The notes beneath the pieces were generated by a model. That model was not told where the DNA came from. It saw nothing but the letters and a program-made list of their open reading frames with translations, and ran no database searches. Shown piece by piece: positions 1 to 13,138 of a DNA stretch of 64,000 nt. Position 1 is the stretch's first letter. Every line of letters begins with the position of its first letter. The position numbers were made by a program, and so were the translations under genes. This stretch comes from Geosiphon pyriformis uo1 (taxonomy: Eukaryota > Fungi > Glomeromycota): the NCBI GenBank assembly GCA_016748015.1, contig JAAOMT010000531.1, positions 434,001-498,000 on the forward strand, in the 5' to 3' direction.

Positions 1-935
1 CATTAAGATGAAAACCCGATTTCAATGGATTTTCTTTTGGTTAATTAATGATTGTTTAGGTTTCGAGATTTCTATTTTAAGTAGAGCAAAAGAGCAAAAA
101 TAATTATGTGTAAAAGCTTGATACTGGATTACTGACTAAGACATAAACATGGGTTATAATATTATGCCTTTCTCGGCATCAAAATACTTCTCATGATCGA
201 CGCGTTGTTTTCCAAACACTTATGCAAGTTGATCGAATTCAAAAAAGGATCGCTTGCCAACCTAAAGTGATTCAAAGTGGCAGTGAATGCATAATTGTGT
301 AAAAACTTTATGCATAAAAAATATACTCTAATTATATCTAGGAAAATGTTAATTCTCGAGATCCTGCGGGATTATTATTCTCCATGAATAGATGAAATTA
401 AGAAAATTATGAACATTTTTTAATCTCTATTGCATCTTAAAAAATTTATCTAGTATCTCAATTAAATCTACTATAAATGAGCCGTTAAATTTTTAGAAAA
501 TCTCCCTGATTGCCAAATTTTAAAGTTTGATCGAGAACCTAATCTTAATTCCTTCTTTTACGAAAATTTTGATCCTTATAATCTCTATTATATATTTTGG
601 AACAATTGGTTTTTCAGGATAAAATTTTAAATGGTTTCAATTTTTCCAAGTATTTTACAAGACTCAAGGCCCACTTTTATCTCTATTAAATCTTTTCAAA
701 GATCATAGAATTAAGGAAATTTTTATCAAATATTCCGTGCAAATACTTTCTAAATTCATTTAGCTTTAGTACAACCAATGTGGTTTATTAAAAAAAATCA
801 TTGATATGAATATCTTGAGATTTTTACCCAGATTACCAAGGCAATGTTATGGATAGATGTTTTAATATTCTTTTATGTATTATACTTTATTGCTTTAATT
901 TAACTTGCCTTGTTGTTTTAACTGAAAATATTGTC

Positions 936-975
936 ATTATTATTTTTATTATTATTATTGTTGTTGTTGTTGTTG

Positions 976-1015
<40 letters not shown>

Positions 1016-1016
1016 G
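936..1016. repeat. Compound (ATT)n/(GTT)n trinucleotide microsatellite
   Basis: Directly visible; it explains the spurious poly-I/V and poly-N ORFs 849..1034 and 918..1241. Confidence 0.95.
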
Positions 1017-2988
1017 TTCATCCATCTGATATAGAGAATTTTTTTCGGTAAATCTTGATATTTTTTTATTGGCTAATAATGTCCATTTTAAATAATGATG
1101 CAAGATTATGTAAAACTTGGCCCATGATTTTTTTCTCGTTTTGATTACCTTATTAATGCCCAAAACTCTTTGCCGCTGAGACATTAAAGGACATATAAAA
1201 TTAGAATATAAGTACAATGTTTTTAATGTTCTTTTCCTCATTATTGAAACAATCTCAATAATATACTTGTTTTAATTACTTAGGTGCCATTATTGTAAAA
1301 AATAGATCCGTACATATAAACATATTATTTCAGAAAGTTGTAAATAATTCGGATTACTATTGGCATTAGTAAAGGAAAGAAAGCTTTAAGAAATCGCAAA
1401 AAATAGTACTTTTGCTAGTTGTAAGGACTTATATAAGAAAAGATTTCAAGCTTTAAAAAAACAATATTAACCAGAATTAATTCATATCACAATTAAATAA
1501 ATCAATATTTTTGAAATTAACTTGAGAATGTTCTAATTTTTTTCTTAATTCCCAAATTTTTTTTAAGGCTAATTCATTATTCTTTAGTCAACTTTAAAAA
1601 CTGAGTTTATAATTGCTAATTTACTCTGATCTAAACTAAGACTTGACTCAAGAAATGATTCTGAAATACTGACATTAAAACAGCATTTTAAATATTATAC
1701 AAACACGATATTATTTGTGTGTTTAGTAAAAGGCTTTGAAAAGCATATAGATCTGAAAAATAATTGTCCTAAAATCAATTTAAAAATATAAAATCTTGAA
1801 AATTAAATTAATAAAATAATGAGATTTTATTAAAAAATTAGAAAATAATTTGTTCTAATATTTTATGCCGTAAATACAAATCTTAAAGTAATTTAATATT
1901 AAAATAAATTATAAGATCAGTTTATTTAATATTATAATTATAATGATTATTATTTTTTAATTCTAGTCAATAATGAAATCAATCATCAGGTTAAAAACTA
2001 AAGTATTAATAAAGACAATAATTCAATTATTATTCACTTTTTTAAAAATAAACAAATCTAAACTAAAATAATTATCAAAAACACAATTTAAGATATAAAA
2101 ATATTTTAAAAAAAGTTTAAATATTAAAAATTAACATTAAAAAAAAAGGATTTAATTGAGGTAAGTTGTGAAAACGCGTAATAACTAGTTTTAACTGAAT
2201 TACAACCATTTTTTATTATTAAAAGCTGCAACTTTTTGTTTGCATTGTAATAATTTAAAAGTTTAAAACTTCTAAAATATTAATTTCTAATATACTTTTT
2301 GATAATAAAAATTTAATAAAAAGTAAGACATAAATAAATAAATAAATAAATAAATAAATGAATTATTTAATCAATTTCGATTCTTTATTCTGAAAAATTA
2401 CATTAAAACTATACAACAGTTTCTTAAATAAATTTGCAAAAAAAATGGTTATTTTTATTTTTTTATCCCAAAAAATTTACAATAATTGCAGTTAACAAAT
2501 TAATCTATAATATACGCTTTCAAATCGTTTATTTATTTTTAATTGTTCAAGTTCCACAATAACCAAGTCTTTTAGCTATCTAATTAATTATTTAAAAAAA
2601 TTTGTTACTTATTGTTAAACATATAAACGGTTTTCTGGATACAAAATTTTCTTCATTTTAATTAGCAATTATTTGTTTCAATGCAAAAAATCCTTGTACC
2701 TTTCAATAGGAATTACAAAAATTATGGAGAAAATTGTTAGTTTTAACAACATTTCTAAGGCTTTTTCAATATTTTGTGATCACTTTTTCTATGGAAAATT
2801 TTTTTGCTAAACTTATTATTGTGAAATTTATTAGTTTTTCTTTTTAGATATTTTGCCATATTAAAAGTACTTGAATCGATTACATTAATCAAAATATGAC
2901 GTTATAGTTCTGGTGGAAAATAATGGTAAAAACTTAAATACAAACCTGTAAATTTATAGTATAAAAAAACTAATATCTAATATAACTT

Positions 2989-3167
2989 CCTTCTGCATCT
3001 ATACAAGCTTGAACACTGCGAATATTAGAAAGAATTACCTTTTCTAGAAGGTTTGCACACTCTTCTTCCATCAGCCTAATAAAAAAACCTCCTGAGATAT
3101 GCTACTATGTTATGCTTTAAGACAGTTCAATAAGGTTCAAACGATGGCCTTAAGAGAATGCGACATG
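2989..3167 (+). repeat. Dispersed direct repeat, copy 1 (partner at ~15454-15627)
   Basis: ctgcatctatacaagcttgaac...aagaattaccttttctagaaggtttgcacactcttcttccatcagcc...gagatatgct aligns to ctgcatttatacaagcctgaac...aagaattaccatttccggaaggtttgcccacccttcttccaccagcccgagatatgct. Confidence 0.8.
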
Positions 3168-4890
3168 GAAATCTTGCTTAAAAAGTCATCAGTTAGATCA
3201 TTATCTTGCTGGAATCACTGATACCTATATTTTCTAGTCGGATTTTCTTGAAGATGGTTGTTTAATTATTCCTGCTATTACTTTCTGCTCGGACTGTACC
3301 TAAATTTGTGAATATTTTTGATGCTATACAGTCGAAATTGTTAAATTAATTAAATAATATTTTCTTTTATTGCTGTCAGCGTTATGTTGTTCTTGGCAAA
3401 AACGGCCAGATTTTGAATATTTATTGTCCGGAAGCTTTGCTCGCCAGATCGGCATGAAAACTATTTTGTTGCAGCAGCTAAAATCAAAGGACAGCTGAAA
3501 GAATCATGGCAAGATTGGTTTTTTATGCATTCACAAAGAATCCGATTTATCCTATCTATTCTGAAATACTAAACAACCACTTTTATGACAATGTGACCAG
3601 GAAATTTGGGTTGAAAGTGTGGCTTGTTATAGAGCTTTTTGATACAAACAGACCCAAATAATATTTTCAAAAGGAGACTTAAAAATTGGCGAGGAAGATG
3701 AACCATAACCAATGAGGTATTTTACAAGAAATTATGTGAAGATTAGGTCATTTTCAAAGATATTTGACATACTGCTTCTAGCTAAACGCTCTGTCTTCTA
3801 TGGGGCAAACACATTCATTTCACAACTTTAACGATCTTCTAAAGATACTTTTTGTTAATATTAACATGTTTTTTATGATAAATCAAAATATAAGAGGTAT
3901 TTTGAAAATGGGCTCTATGTCTCTCTTTGAAAAAATTTCAATATCGGTTCCCAAAAATACCTTTGTATTATCCGAACCCAATTTACTCATTTTTTTTCTT
4001 TGCTGTGAGAATTTGGTTGCTTGATTGTGGTTTATTTTTGGTGAACTATATATCGGTTATTGATTCTGAGAACAGTCAAGTAATTTTGTGAAAATATCAA
4101 ATAAATCTGTTATCATAAAAAAAATTTTTCCCAATGACTGAATTCAAGCTTTTTTTAATTCTTGCAAAACTTCAGGTTTTCACGAATATAAAGAAAATTG
4201 AAATCTAGGCCACGAAACCTATAGATTGGCACTTAAAAACAAAAATTTTCAAACCCTACAAAATCTTCGTAGCACTATACAAATGAATTTGAAATAAGCA
4301 AATAAGAGAACGCTGTAGCTTGAAAAAATCGGTCAATTTATTTTTTGAACAAAACTTTCAACACTTAAGTTAATTTCATCAAAAATTATTCTTGCAAATG
4401 GCAACACAAATTATCTTTAACATCCTTGTACAAAACCAGACAGATATCATAAAAATGCTTTCATTATCTGTTAAGAGACTAGAAAAGCGTGGATAGAACA
4501 ATTTTTGTTTTATTAGGCTTTATGATTGAGCCGTAAGAGGTTCACAGAGTCCATAGAACATTTGTTTTTTTTTTACAAATTTTCATATTGGACCAAATAA
4601 AGATATGTTTAATCACCTGAGTATCCTATAAAATTCTTAAGCTATTTGGATTTCAGTTTCTACCTTATTTTCTAAATGGCAAATCTAAAAATTTTTCTTC
4701 AAGCAAAAGCCTGATATTGTGGGAAAATTGAACAGCTCTCCCAATCAGGTAAGTTGTTACACCAGAATGAATTTGTCATCAAATATAAATACCTGATGTC
4801 CCATGCTATAGCAGCTGGGGGTAGTTAATCTAATCTGTTTCAAAATTTTCATTTGCCATAATTACACTGAATATATCTATCGATTAAAAA

Positions 4891-5784
4891 ATGTCAACAT
4901 TGTCTAACAAGGAGATTCCAATCGTTTATCATTATAAGCGTTTAGTGAAGGAATTTGTGAAGATAGCTTACGATATGGTAAATGACGACCAACCTCTTCA
5001 ACAAGCTCATGTTGCATCTCAGGGCTTAATGATAGGAGATATTTGGAAACGACTTGTCAACATTCCAGAATTCTCGAAATACCTAGAGACCAAATCAAAC
5101 CGAACACCAGATGAAACTTTTGTTTTGGGATTCCTGTTTCTTAATGATCCAAAGTATTTACAATCAGGTCAAGATTTCGATGTGTCCTCAGCTAAAGCGT
5201 GGGAATTATTTCGGTACGCTGCCTATCACGGTCACTCTCTTGGGGCTTATTTTACCGCACACTGCGTTCAATATGTGCCGCAACCTGGAATGGGTTATCT
5301 GGGACCCGTTCATTTGAAAAGGCCTACTCCCCAACCACGACAGTTTGAATATTCTTCTGTTAGATTCGCTGCTGGAAGAGGAATTCCTCGAGCACAGTTT
5401 GAAGTTGCAAATAAAATCAGACAAGATATAGAATCCCCGGGGAGAACCGCCAAGAATCGCAAAAATCAAATGTTTTATTGGTATTTGCAATCTGCTCGTG
5501 GTGGATATGTCAAAGGACAATGGGCTGCAGCTATCTGTAATAAGGCTGGCCGAGGAACTAATCAAGATTTACATGAAGCTTTAAAATGGTGCAGCAAAGC
5601 TGCCAAACGTGGTTTCATGGCCCGCAGTGATTCACTTGAGAATCATAATGAATTGTACGAATTCAAACCTACACCTAATCTTCTATTGTCTTGGTATCCA
5701 AGAGATCTTTGGGGGACTTTTAGAGGTATGCTTTTCAACAATATTCTATTTAAAACATGGATAAGTTTTGCACCAAAATATTAG
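4891..5784 (+). CDS. SEL1-like repeat protein (3' end uncertain; possible intron from 5726)
   Basis: 297-aa ORF with SEL1-like repeats: AWELFRYAAYHGHSLGAY, PRAQFEVA...FYWYLQSARGGYVKGQW, GRGTNQDLHEALKWCSKAAKRG. A GTATGC donor-like site at 5726 is followed by AT-rich sequence. Confidence 0.85.
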   Translation: MSTLSNKEIPIVYHYKRLVKEFVKIAYDMVNDDQPLQQAHVASQGLMIGDIWKRLVNIPEFSKYLETKSNRTPDETFVLGFLFLNDPKYLQSGQDFDVSSAKAWELFRYAAYHGHSLGAYFTAHCVQYVPQPGMGYLGPVHLKRPTPQPRQFEYSSVRFAAGRGIPRAQFEVANKIRQDIESPGRTAKNRKNQMFYWYLQSARGGYVKGQWAAAICNKAGRGTNQDLHEALKWCSKAAKRGFMARSDSLENHNELYEFKPTPNLLLSWYPRDLWGTFRGMLFNNILFKTWISFAPKY

Positions 5785-6812
5785 TTTTAAATTCAACCTT
5801 AGGTCCATATTCTATCAACTGATTTGCAAAAATACTCAATCGAATGAAGCTTGAGAATTGCCGTCGGAAGATCATGGTAAAAAAATATTTCATAAAGGGG
5901 AACCTGTTGAAGTATATCCTGTGACTGCTATTTTTGCAGAATTGAAGGTTAGAAAATTTATTTCCCCTTCCAAAAGTTGACTTTTAAAAATATAAATAAT
6001 TTTGCAAAAACATCATTGTAATTTGGATTAAATGGGTAGATTTGGCAATTATAAAAATGAGCGTGCCATGTCAAATCGAGACTTTTGCTTTCATCTTAAT
6101 TGGAAATGATGGCAATAATAATTTTCAAGGATTGGAATGAGCACAACTGGATTCAATTAGATATTACGGAAGGACCCAGGTATAAGCCTAATTGAGCATG
6201 CTGATTAACCAAACCCACTTAATTATATTCATTGCAATTTAAGGTGCTCTGACAGAACTTGATAATAATTCGAAGCGGATATCTCCTTCGAAAATGTAAA
6301 GTAACCTCAACTTTAAAATATTTTTCCTTTCCGACTTTTGTATCCGGTTATAGAATTCTCCGAAATTTTGAAAAATAGTCCAAGATTATCATTTTCTAAA
6401 ATTATTCTCCAATTTTGGGCATTTAGATTGATGCCTCAGGAATCTTGAAATTTAAATCTTTCGGTGTTTCGCGGTAGAATACAGTTCGAGTTTTACCATG
6501 GTTTAGCTATTTGAAATTTTCCCACCAGGATACTTTGCAAAAATTTAGGACTTTAACTGAAAATTATTTTTGAATCAAGATCTATTTCATTCTGATTTGA
6601 TTTTTAATTAATAATGGGAAATAAACTGAAATGGAAAGGTTATCGATTTCAAATAATTGGGCTACTCAACACCACATTAATAATTCAGAATTTTCAATTT
6701 TCAAACATCAAATTTTTTGCAAATAATTAGCAATAAGAAAATACTGTCTTCAAAAATGATTTCAACACTTGTAATATCTTGAGTCTGACTTCTGCGCGCA
6801 ATTTAAGATTGC

Positions 6813-7964
6813 TCACACTTTGAACTTTCTTGCTCTTAACAGCTCTTCAATGGCCTCCACATCACCCCAATCCAAAACTTCCTTCATTTTCTCCTTACTC
6901 ACCGCATTACTCCAATTCTTCACAGCAAACTTCAAGGCTACTTTCTTCAAATGTGCGTCGTCATGTTTCCATCCCAACATGAACACCACATCCCAATTCT
7001 CACATGCCAAATTTGCAATCATTCGTTTGGCAGCAATTCGTGCAAGATCCGGTAAGTCTCGCAATCTTGCCTCGAAATATAATTCGGCCAGATTTTCTGC
7101 TGGGAACGAAGACTCGATTTCATCAGTGTAGAGGTAATAAAGTAATTGACGAAATGTGGAATAAGTAACTCCTTTCATTGGGATTATATTGCTGCTGCTT
7201 TCTATCCAATCACCACCCGTAAACATACGTTCAAAGTAAGTGGATCGTGAGGCTAGTATCATTCGATGTGCTCGTAATTGTTCGCCATTTTCAAAAGTAA
7301 ATAACAAATCCGAGAGTTTCTCATCATCAAAAAATTTCGTAAAACTATTCAGCAAACAATTTTGCTTGGTCTTCTGATTAGTTTTTGTTGAAGCGTATGA
7401 TGTAGTAGCGGAACGTCGAGTAATTAATGGATTCAAAATTTTGATACGAATTATTACATCAACATTTTTGTTTCTCGCTTGATAATCATCAGCAAAAATT
7501 GACTTCAGAGGACAAAAATCATTCCAACCCCAACAACTATTCGATCCAAACTTCCAAATCCTTTTATCACGTCTTTGTTCTATGAACAATGGTGAGGCCC
7601 CAATTTCATGCCGAAATAATTGAATCTTGTAAAAACAAGTTCGCGAAGAAATCCCACGTTTTGCTTCCTCACGAGATTGAAATGCCTTCAGGTAGATCCC
7701 TAGGAAATCAGATTTTGAATTAGGGGTTAATTTTATACGCCATAAGTGTAGAGTTTGAATTGGCCCTGTGGCCGGAGATGCAAATTGGTCACTGAATATG
7801 TCTTCGTCGATTGTGGTAAGATGATGCAGCTGTTGAAAAGCGGAAAGTTTCCATTCGTACGTGAAGCAGTTGTCATCATCTGCTTTTGTCGCCACAAGTT
7901 GTTGGGATTTTGGGTCGATTTGTGATTGATGTAGTTTACGAGTTTTCGGGATGCAATCAGTCAT
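6813..7964 (-). CDS. MATH + BTB/POZ domain protein (SPOP-like Cullin3 adaptor), intronless
   Basis: 383 aa. MATH-like region (FTYEWKLSAF...FSDQFASP...WRIKLTPN...LGIYLKA...WGWNDF) precedes a BTB domain (LSDLLFTFENGEQLRAHRMILASRSTYFERMF...FRQLLYYLYTD) and a BACK-like helical tail. Confidence 0.92.
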   Translation of the reverse strand: MTDCIPKTRKLHQSQIDPKSQQLVATKADDDNCFTYEWKLSAFQQLHHLTTIDEDIFSDQFASPATGPIQTLHLWRIKLTPNSKSDFLGIYLKAFQSREEAKRGISSRTCFYKIQLFRHEIGASPLFIEQRRDKRIWKFGSNSCWGWNDFCPLKSIFADDYQARNKNVDVIIRIKILNPLITRRSATTSYASTKTNQKTKQNCLLNSFTKFFDDEKLSDLLFTFENGEQLRAHRMILASRSTYFERMFTGGDWIESSSNIIPMKGVTYSTFRQLLYYLYTDEIESSFPAENLAELYFEARLRDLPDLARIAAKRMIANLACENWDVVFMLGWKHDDAHLKKVALKFAVKNWSNAVSKEKMKEVLDWGDVEAIEELLRARKFKV

Positions 7965-9499
7965 GGTAACCCCCCGAAACTTTGTTTATGATCAAAAGAG
8001 TTTTTACCGAAAAATGATCATCAAAGAAAAAAAACCAAAAACCAGAGCTAGAAACGACAAAACGATTTGCCGCCAAAGATTAAAAAAAGGAAAGACCAGT
8101 CTGCCTGATATAGAAATACAGAAGATAAGGATGCAGGGTTGATGCGTAACCACTAAATATTAGGGAAATCGGCTGCGGACAGGAGCTGTGCTTTCAAGTA
8201 AATTTTGGTGGCTGCGATAGCCTAATATGCCAATTATACACTTTAGTTAAAATTCATATTCAAACAAACAAACCCATAATGGCTCAGAACTTTATCTGTT
8301 ATGTCATTTATGTTTAGGGAAATTTTCAAAATTACCTTGAAGAATCGGTCACCTAGATCCAAAAATGGCTGAAATAATTGATCTGCAGCGTTATACCTCT
8401 CACTATAATCTCCTAGGTCTGATAGAAAAATTTCGTGAGTTTCCAAGGTCACGATTCGTTTAAATAATATGGTAATTCAAGCACAAAGTTCTGAAAGATG
8501 CATGGCACATTACATAATCACTTAATTAACATTTGGCAGCCCCTGAACACCCTGATAGAGTTTGAAATCTTGCAAATTACTGGATGAGTGAATTAATAAA
8601 GGTTTTTACCATTTTCATAATCTATTTTTATTGGAAGTTTGAAATTGGGTTTATAAAGGAAAAAGAAACATGCATTTGCCCCTCGAAACTCTATATCTGA
8701 CTTGATGAATGGTTTGAAATTCTGTTTTTTAATCACGAAATTAAAAACATTGCTTAATGAACCAAAAATAGAGCATTGATACGTTGATAAAACAAGATTT
8801 TAGTAGGTTAACTAGCTTCTTAAGTGATTCCTATTCAAAAGACATCCTTTAAAACTTTTTACTTTTGATGCCAGTTTTTAGACAAGCAAATAGCCGATCA
8901 CTTTTTGGGGATGATATATTTAAATCTTTCTTTTATTAAAATAACGTAATCTTTAACATAATCTTAACATACTTGATAAATAAAAAATTTAATATGTCAC
9001 TTTCCGCCCAAATTCTAGTCTTGGAACAATCTGCAAAGTAAATATTTGAAAAATATTCAAAAAGTTGTTTACGGTGGCTGACCAGAAGAAAAGCTATGAA
9101 ACATTTTAATATCAAAATTTAGAATTCTTTGATGAGAATAGTTAGTTCAATGCTTGCAATTATTAATTATTGATATAATATATAATAGTAGGTTGAAAGA
9201 AACAAATGATTTCTATTTTTGGTTTGATTTTCAGTGTATGACATGTTCAAGTCAACCAAACCTTTTTGATATATTTCAGATTTTTGTGGAATTTATTTTT
9301 TTTACATGGCTGCTAAAGAATTAAGCTCGATACACCAAGTAATTTGAAATTATATCAGCAAGGTTGGTTGACCTAATCATTAAAACTGTAAATAAAAATG
9401 CGTAGATTGCATAGTAAAATTTCTTTGCCCATATTTATTAGGATTAAACAGATTCATTTGAACTCTTAAGTTAGATAACAACAATATTAAGTCATAATT

Positions 9500-10336
9500 T
9501 GAAACCATTGTTTTTCTATCTCTTTTAGCTATTTGAAATAAAGAAAAAGTAGTTTAATTTCTAAAATATTAAAATTAAAGTCAAAAAAATTAAAAGCAAT
9601 TTATAATTTTGTTATGTCCAAATTTTTTTTAAAAAGACTATTTATACAAGAAAGATGGCTTTTTGTATTTGGAAAAAAGAATAGAAAATTAATCTGTATA
9701 TGTAAAAACTTAATAAAAGCTATATATATCATATCTACAAAGAATGTTTGACTTATAATACTATTATAGTTGAATATAATATGCTAATAGAGAATAATAT
9801 ATTATATAATAAGAAAACAATTGAAGAATAAATTCAACTTTAATAAGCAAATTGAATTTGTAGAAATTCAATATGCAAAAACAGTTTCATAAATATTTTA
9901 ATCATTATTCTTTTCAAAAGTTAATAAAAAAATCTAAAAATAAAGAGATAGTCTGTAGTGTTAACAAAAAATTACATACTGATATAATTCTATGTCTTAT
10001 GTTAACACTTTTAGAATTCAAAATCAGATATCATTTGTATTTTTTAGTAAACATTTATTTATATATATTTCACAAAAACTAACAATATACAAATCAAAAA
10101 AAGAGAAAAGATATAATAAAAAGAAATTGAAATGATTGTAATGATTTTGTTAAGAAATCTAAATAAAAATAATTCTTGTTTTGAATTTTAGTTTGGAATT
10201 ACTTTCTTGTATACTTTAAAAAAAATCAATAATTCAGAATTAGATTAATGATTCAATTAATGATCAAGCCAATAATCAAGTCAATAACCAAATCAACAAT
10301 TAAGTTGATTATCAAGTTATTAATCAATTAAATAAT
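9500..10336 (+). mobile_element. Probable degenerate AT-shifted transposon or coding remnant ending in a decayed 12-bp repeat
   Basis: Very AT-rich and stop-riddled. It ends with att aat gat tca att aat gat caa gcc aat aat caa gtc aat aac caa atc aac aat TAA gtt... (I/V-N-D/N-Q tetrapeptide repeats with CAA>TAA). Family not identified. Confidence 0.3.
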
Positions 10337-11538
10337 CGCATCAACAACTACTTCTAAAAATAGGGTGGTTAATGATAACCGTAACAATACATTCAAAGAC
10401 AGTAAACTGTTGTGTCGTAAAATCTTGTTTCACAGCCTTGAACTTGATAACTATTAATTAAAAATTTTGATTGGTTGATGAAAATCCATCTTACATTCTA
10501 CCTTAATTTCTAATTTTTTTATATTAATTCATTGAATTTTACAGCTTGTGTGAATTAAAAATATAACAAACTTTTTAAATTGTGCTCCCATTCACTTTTA
10601 TTAAATGGTCAAAGATCAAAGAGTTTAAGTGGTACCAATTGAATCAAGAAAAGCTTTTATTTGAATTCGGCTAGTTGGAGTCAAGAGATCGAGGCGATTA
10701 TATATCTTGAAAGCTCAATCTATCGGATCTGGAAATAATAGGATTCAAAAAATTTTAATTAGCAGATCGACAAATCGTCACGTTTTCATCCTCATAACCA
10801 TATTTGGGAACCATTTATACTAGAACTTTTTGAGCTTTATGGAGCCTAAAGATGGAATTGACAACTAAATCACATGAATTGCAACTTGTAACTCAACGAA
10901 GAAGTTAACCTTTCTTGCAGTTACTAAGATAAGGTTCTCAAATTTCATGGGAAAAAATACTTTTTTGGTTAATTCTGAGAATGTTATGATATTTTAGCTA
11001 AAGAAATCCTGATTTTTTCTTGTGTATTAACAAAATGGTTGAATGATTAATTTTTCTGAATAATTTTTGTTTAGAGAAATTTAATTCATTCACCAATAAT
11101 TTTGATTCTCTGGAAATCGGAAGAAAATAGTTCTTCAAGTCTGAATCTGTCAGTGTGCCGAACCTAAAAATAATGAAAAAATTACTTAAAATAGGCATTA
11201 CCTCTCTTTATTCTTTTGCGATTTACAGCAGAGTTTTATCAGTTGTAACATCAGAGATTCATGAGAGGGATAATCTACAATTGTTTTTAGAAATTCTCAA
11301 TAACTGTAAGTAAAAAAATCATTAATTATAAAATCTATTCAAATGATACTATTATTTTAGAAATTTTGAACGAAACTAAAATATGAATTATTTGGTTTTT
11401 TTGCCGAATTTGGGTTACAACCATATTTCAACAAACGTAAACCTTTATAAAAAGGACAAGTATTATTACAAAATTCTTTGGACTGACTTATCTTTTCGAA
11501 GTTAATTTCTGATATTAAATTATTGCGACCCACGAAAA

Positions 11539-12363
11539 ATGAATTCAGAAATATGTCCCACTTTTCCCCCAAACGTATTCGTTGAAGAAATTCTTGCTTA
11601 TGCCACGTTAAAACTTGAGAATGGCCAAGAAATTTGTAAAATACCAAATGCTTTTTTTATATATCTCATTTCATTCCGGAAAGAATGTGCCCAGCAGAAC
11701 ATAATATTTTCGGATTCCCGTGAGTTATCTAAGGTTGCCGCAAAATTCTGGGATAAGGAGCCAATTTTGATTAAAAGTGAGTATAAAAGACTTTACAATG
11801 AGGCTAAAAAGCGATTCGAAGAGCTTCGCCAAAAAATTTATCCTATAAAGTTCGAACAATGTGTTCCAAGCTCATCTGTGACCAAAACACCTGAGAAATT
11901 GAGTTCTAGACCTATAAGTCCATATGATCAATTGACCTTTGTACCCCAGGAGGACTTTCCTCAAATGGAAACTCATTTTAACCCGTCGCTTTTTGACATT
12001 GAAGATGATACGAGTCTGTTTATTGAGACTTTCAACTTTCCTGAAACATTTCTCAAAGCTATTTCTTTTCCTGACCCACAAACGTTTTTAAACGAAACAT
12101 CTCCTAATGAGTCCCAGACGATGATCAAAGGTGGCTTTTTTCCTAACCCGCCGACGCTCTTCACAACTGATAATTTTGCCGAAGAAAACGTAGTGATTGA
12201 ACCTTTAGAGAATTTAACCCTTTGCGATCGTATATCAGCCTTAGAAATGATTGCCCATTCGTTATTCGATCCCCTACATATTCCTCCCAACCATGATCTG
12301 AAAGACCGTGTTTCTTATCTTGAAAGTTTGATAAGTACCAAAAATGTAGAGCCAAGAATTTAA
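11539..12363 (+). CDS. HMG-box transcription factor (MATA_HMG-like), intronless
   Basis: 274 aa with HMG box KIPNAFFIYLISFRKE...SRELSKVAAKFWDKEPILIKSEYKRLYNEAKKRF and an acidic/Pro-rich C-terminus; this family is strongly expanded in AM fungi. Confidence 0.88.
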   Translation: MNSEICPTFPPNVFVEEILAYATLKLENGQEICKIPNAFFIYLISFRKECAQQNIIFSDSRELSKVAAKFWDKEPILIKSEYKRLYNEAKKRFEELRQKIYPIKFEQCVPSSSVTKTPEKLSSRPISPYDQLTFVPQEDFPQMETHFNPSLFDIEDDTSLFIETFNFPETFLKAISFPDPQTFLNETSPNESQTMIKGGFFPNPPTLFTTDNFAEENVVIEPLENLTLCDRISALEMIAHSLFDPLHIPPNHDLKDRVSYLESLISTKNVEPRI

Positions 12364-12471
12364 TTTTGAAATGAAGAATTTTACGCTCGTAAATTTATTT
12401 TTGAAATTAAGAATTTTATGCTCGTCAATTTATTTTTGAAATTAAGAATTTTATGCTCGTCAATTTATTTT
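12362..12471 (+). repeat. ~35-bp tandem repeat x3 directly after the HMG stop codon
   Basis: Unit ttttgaaattaagaattttatgctcgtcaatttat occurs three times with few mismatches. Confidence 0.9.
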
Positions 12472-13138
12472 CTCCGATTATATATGCAGGATACAAAAGT
12501 ATATTTAAATTATGCGCATAATTAAAATTTTATTAAGCAAATTAAGCTTTTTTATTTTCTTGTCAAATTAAGTTTTTTTGAGATCCTTTAATAAATGGTT
12601 TCACCAAAAATTTTTTTTTTTTGGCTAGCCTAATCAGGTTTGCCCAAGTATATATTTCTCGTTATACATGAAAATCTTTGAATTCAAAATCATCGATTAA
12701 CGTATCTGTCCTAAAGGTTTCTTATAAAATCTCCAGTCTGTCGCTGGTAGCCCGAAAAATTTAAGGAAATTTTCTGTCATCTTTTAAGTCATCTTTTTAT
12801 TTCTGTACCGTCACGCTCTCTCGAAAAATAATGGACTTCTTACCATAAAAATTTTTTTCCTGCCACGCTGTTCTTTTAAAAATTAAATTTCGTATTTGTT
12901 TGTCCCAGTGTAATACAAGTTACAACTTTAATGGCCAGAATTGTTTGCCTAACTGGGAACTCGTGTCTTTATTGATTAAAATTAATCAAACATGCGATTT
13001 CTTGGGCTAATCACATCATTTAAATGTACTACATAAAAGCATGTTGATTGTGATCAGACTAAAAGTATGCATATAGCTTTTATTACTCTAAAGTTGAAGG
13101 TATTAAATTTCTGAAATTTATTCTGCTACTTCACAGTC

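Noticed and set aside
849-1241. ORFs with poly-I/V or poly-N; a weak LRR-like phrase (TLKTLYLYSNFI)
   Set aside because: The ORFs are driven by a microsatellite, and a single LRR-like phrase is too little to call a pseudogene.
5803-5860. In-frame TGA codons as selenocysteine or an alternative genetic code
   Set aside because: TGA is a normal stop for other genes here (oxidoreductase, BTB), and no SECIS or conserved Cys context was seen.
11539-12363. HMG gene as a mating-type (sexM/sexP) locus
   Set aside because: MATA-HMG genes are highly multicopy in AM fungi, and the flanking genes typical of Mucorales sex loci (TPT, RNA helicase) or a homeodomain pair are absent.
12362-12471. 35-bp repeats as a CRISPR array
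   Set aside because: The units are contiguous with no spacers, the context is eukaryotic, and there are no cas genes.
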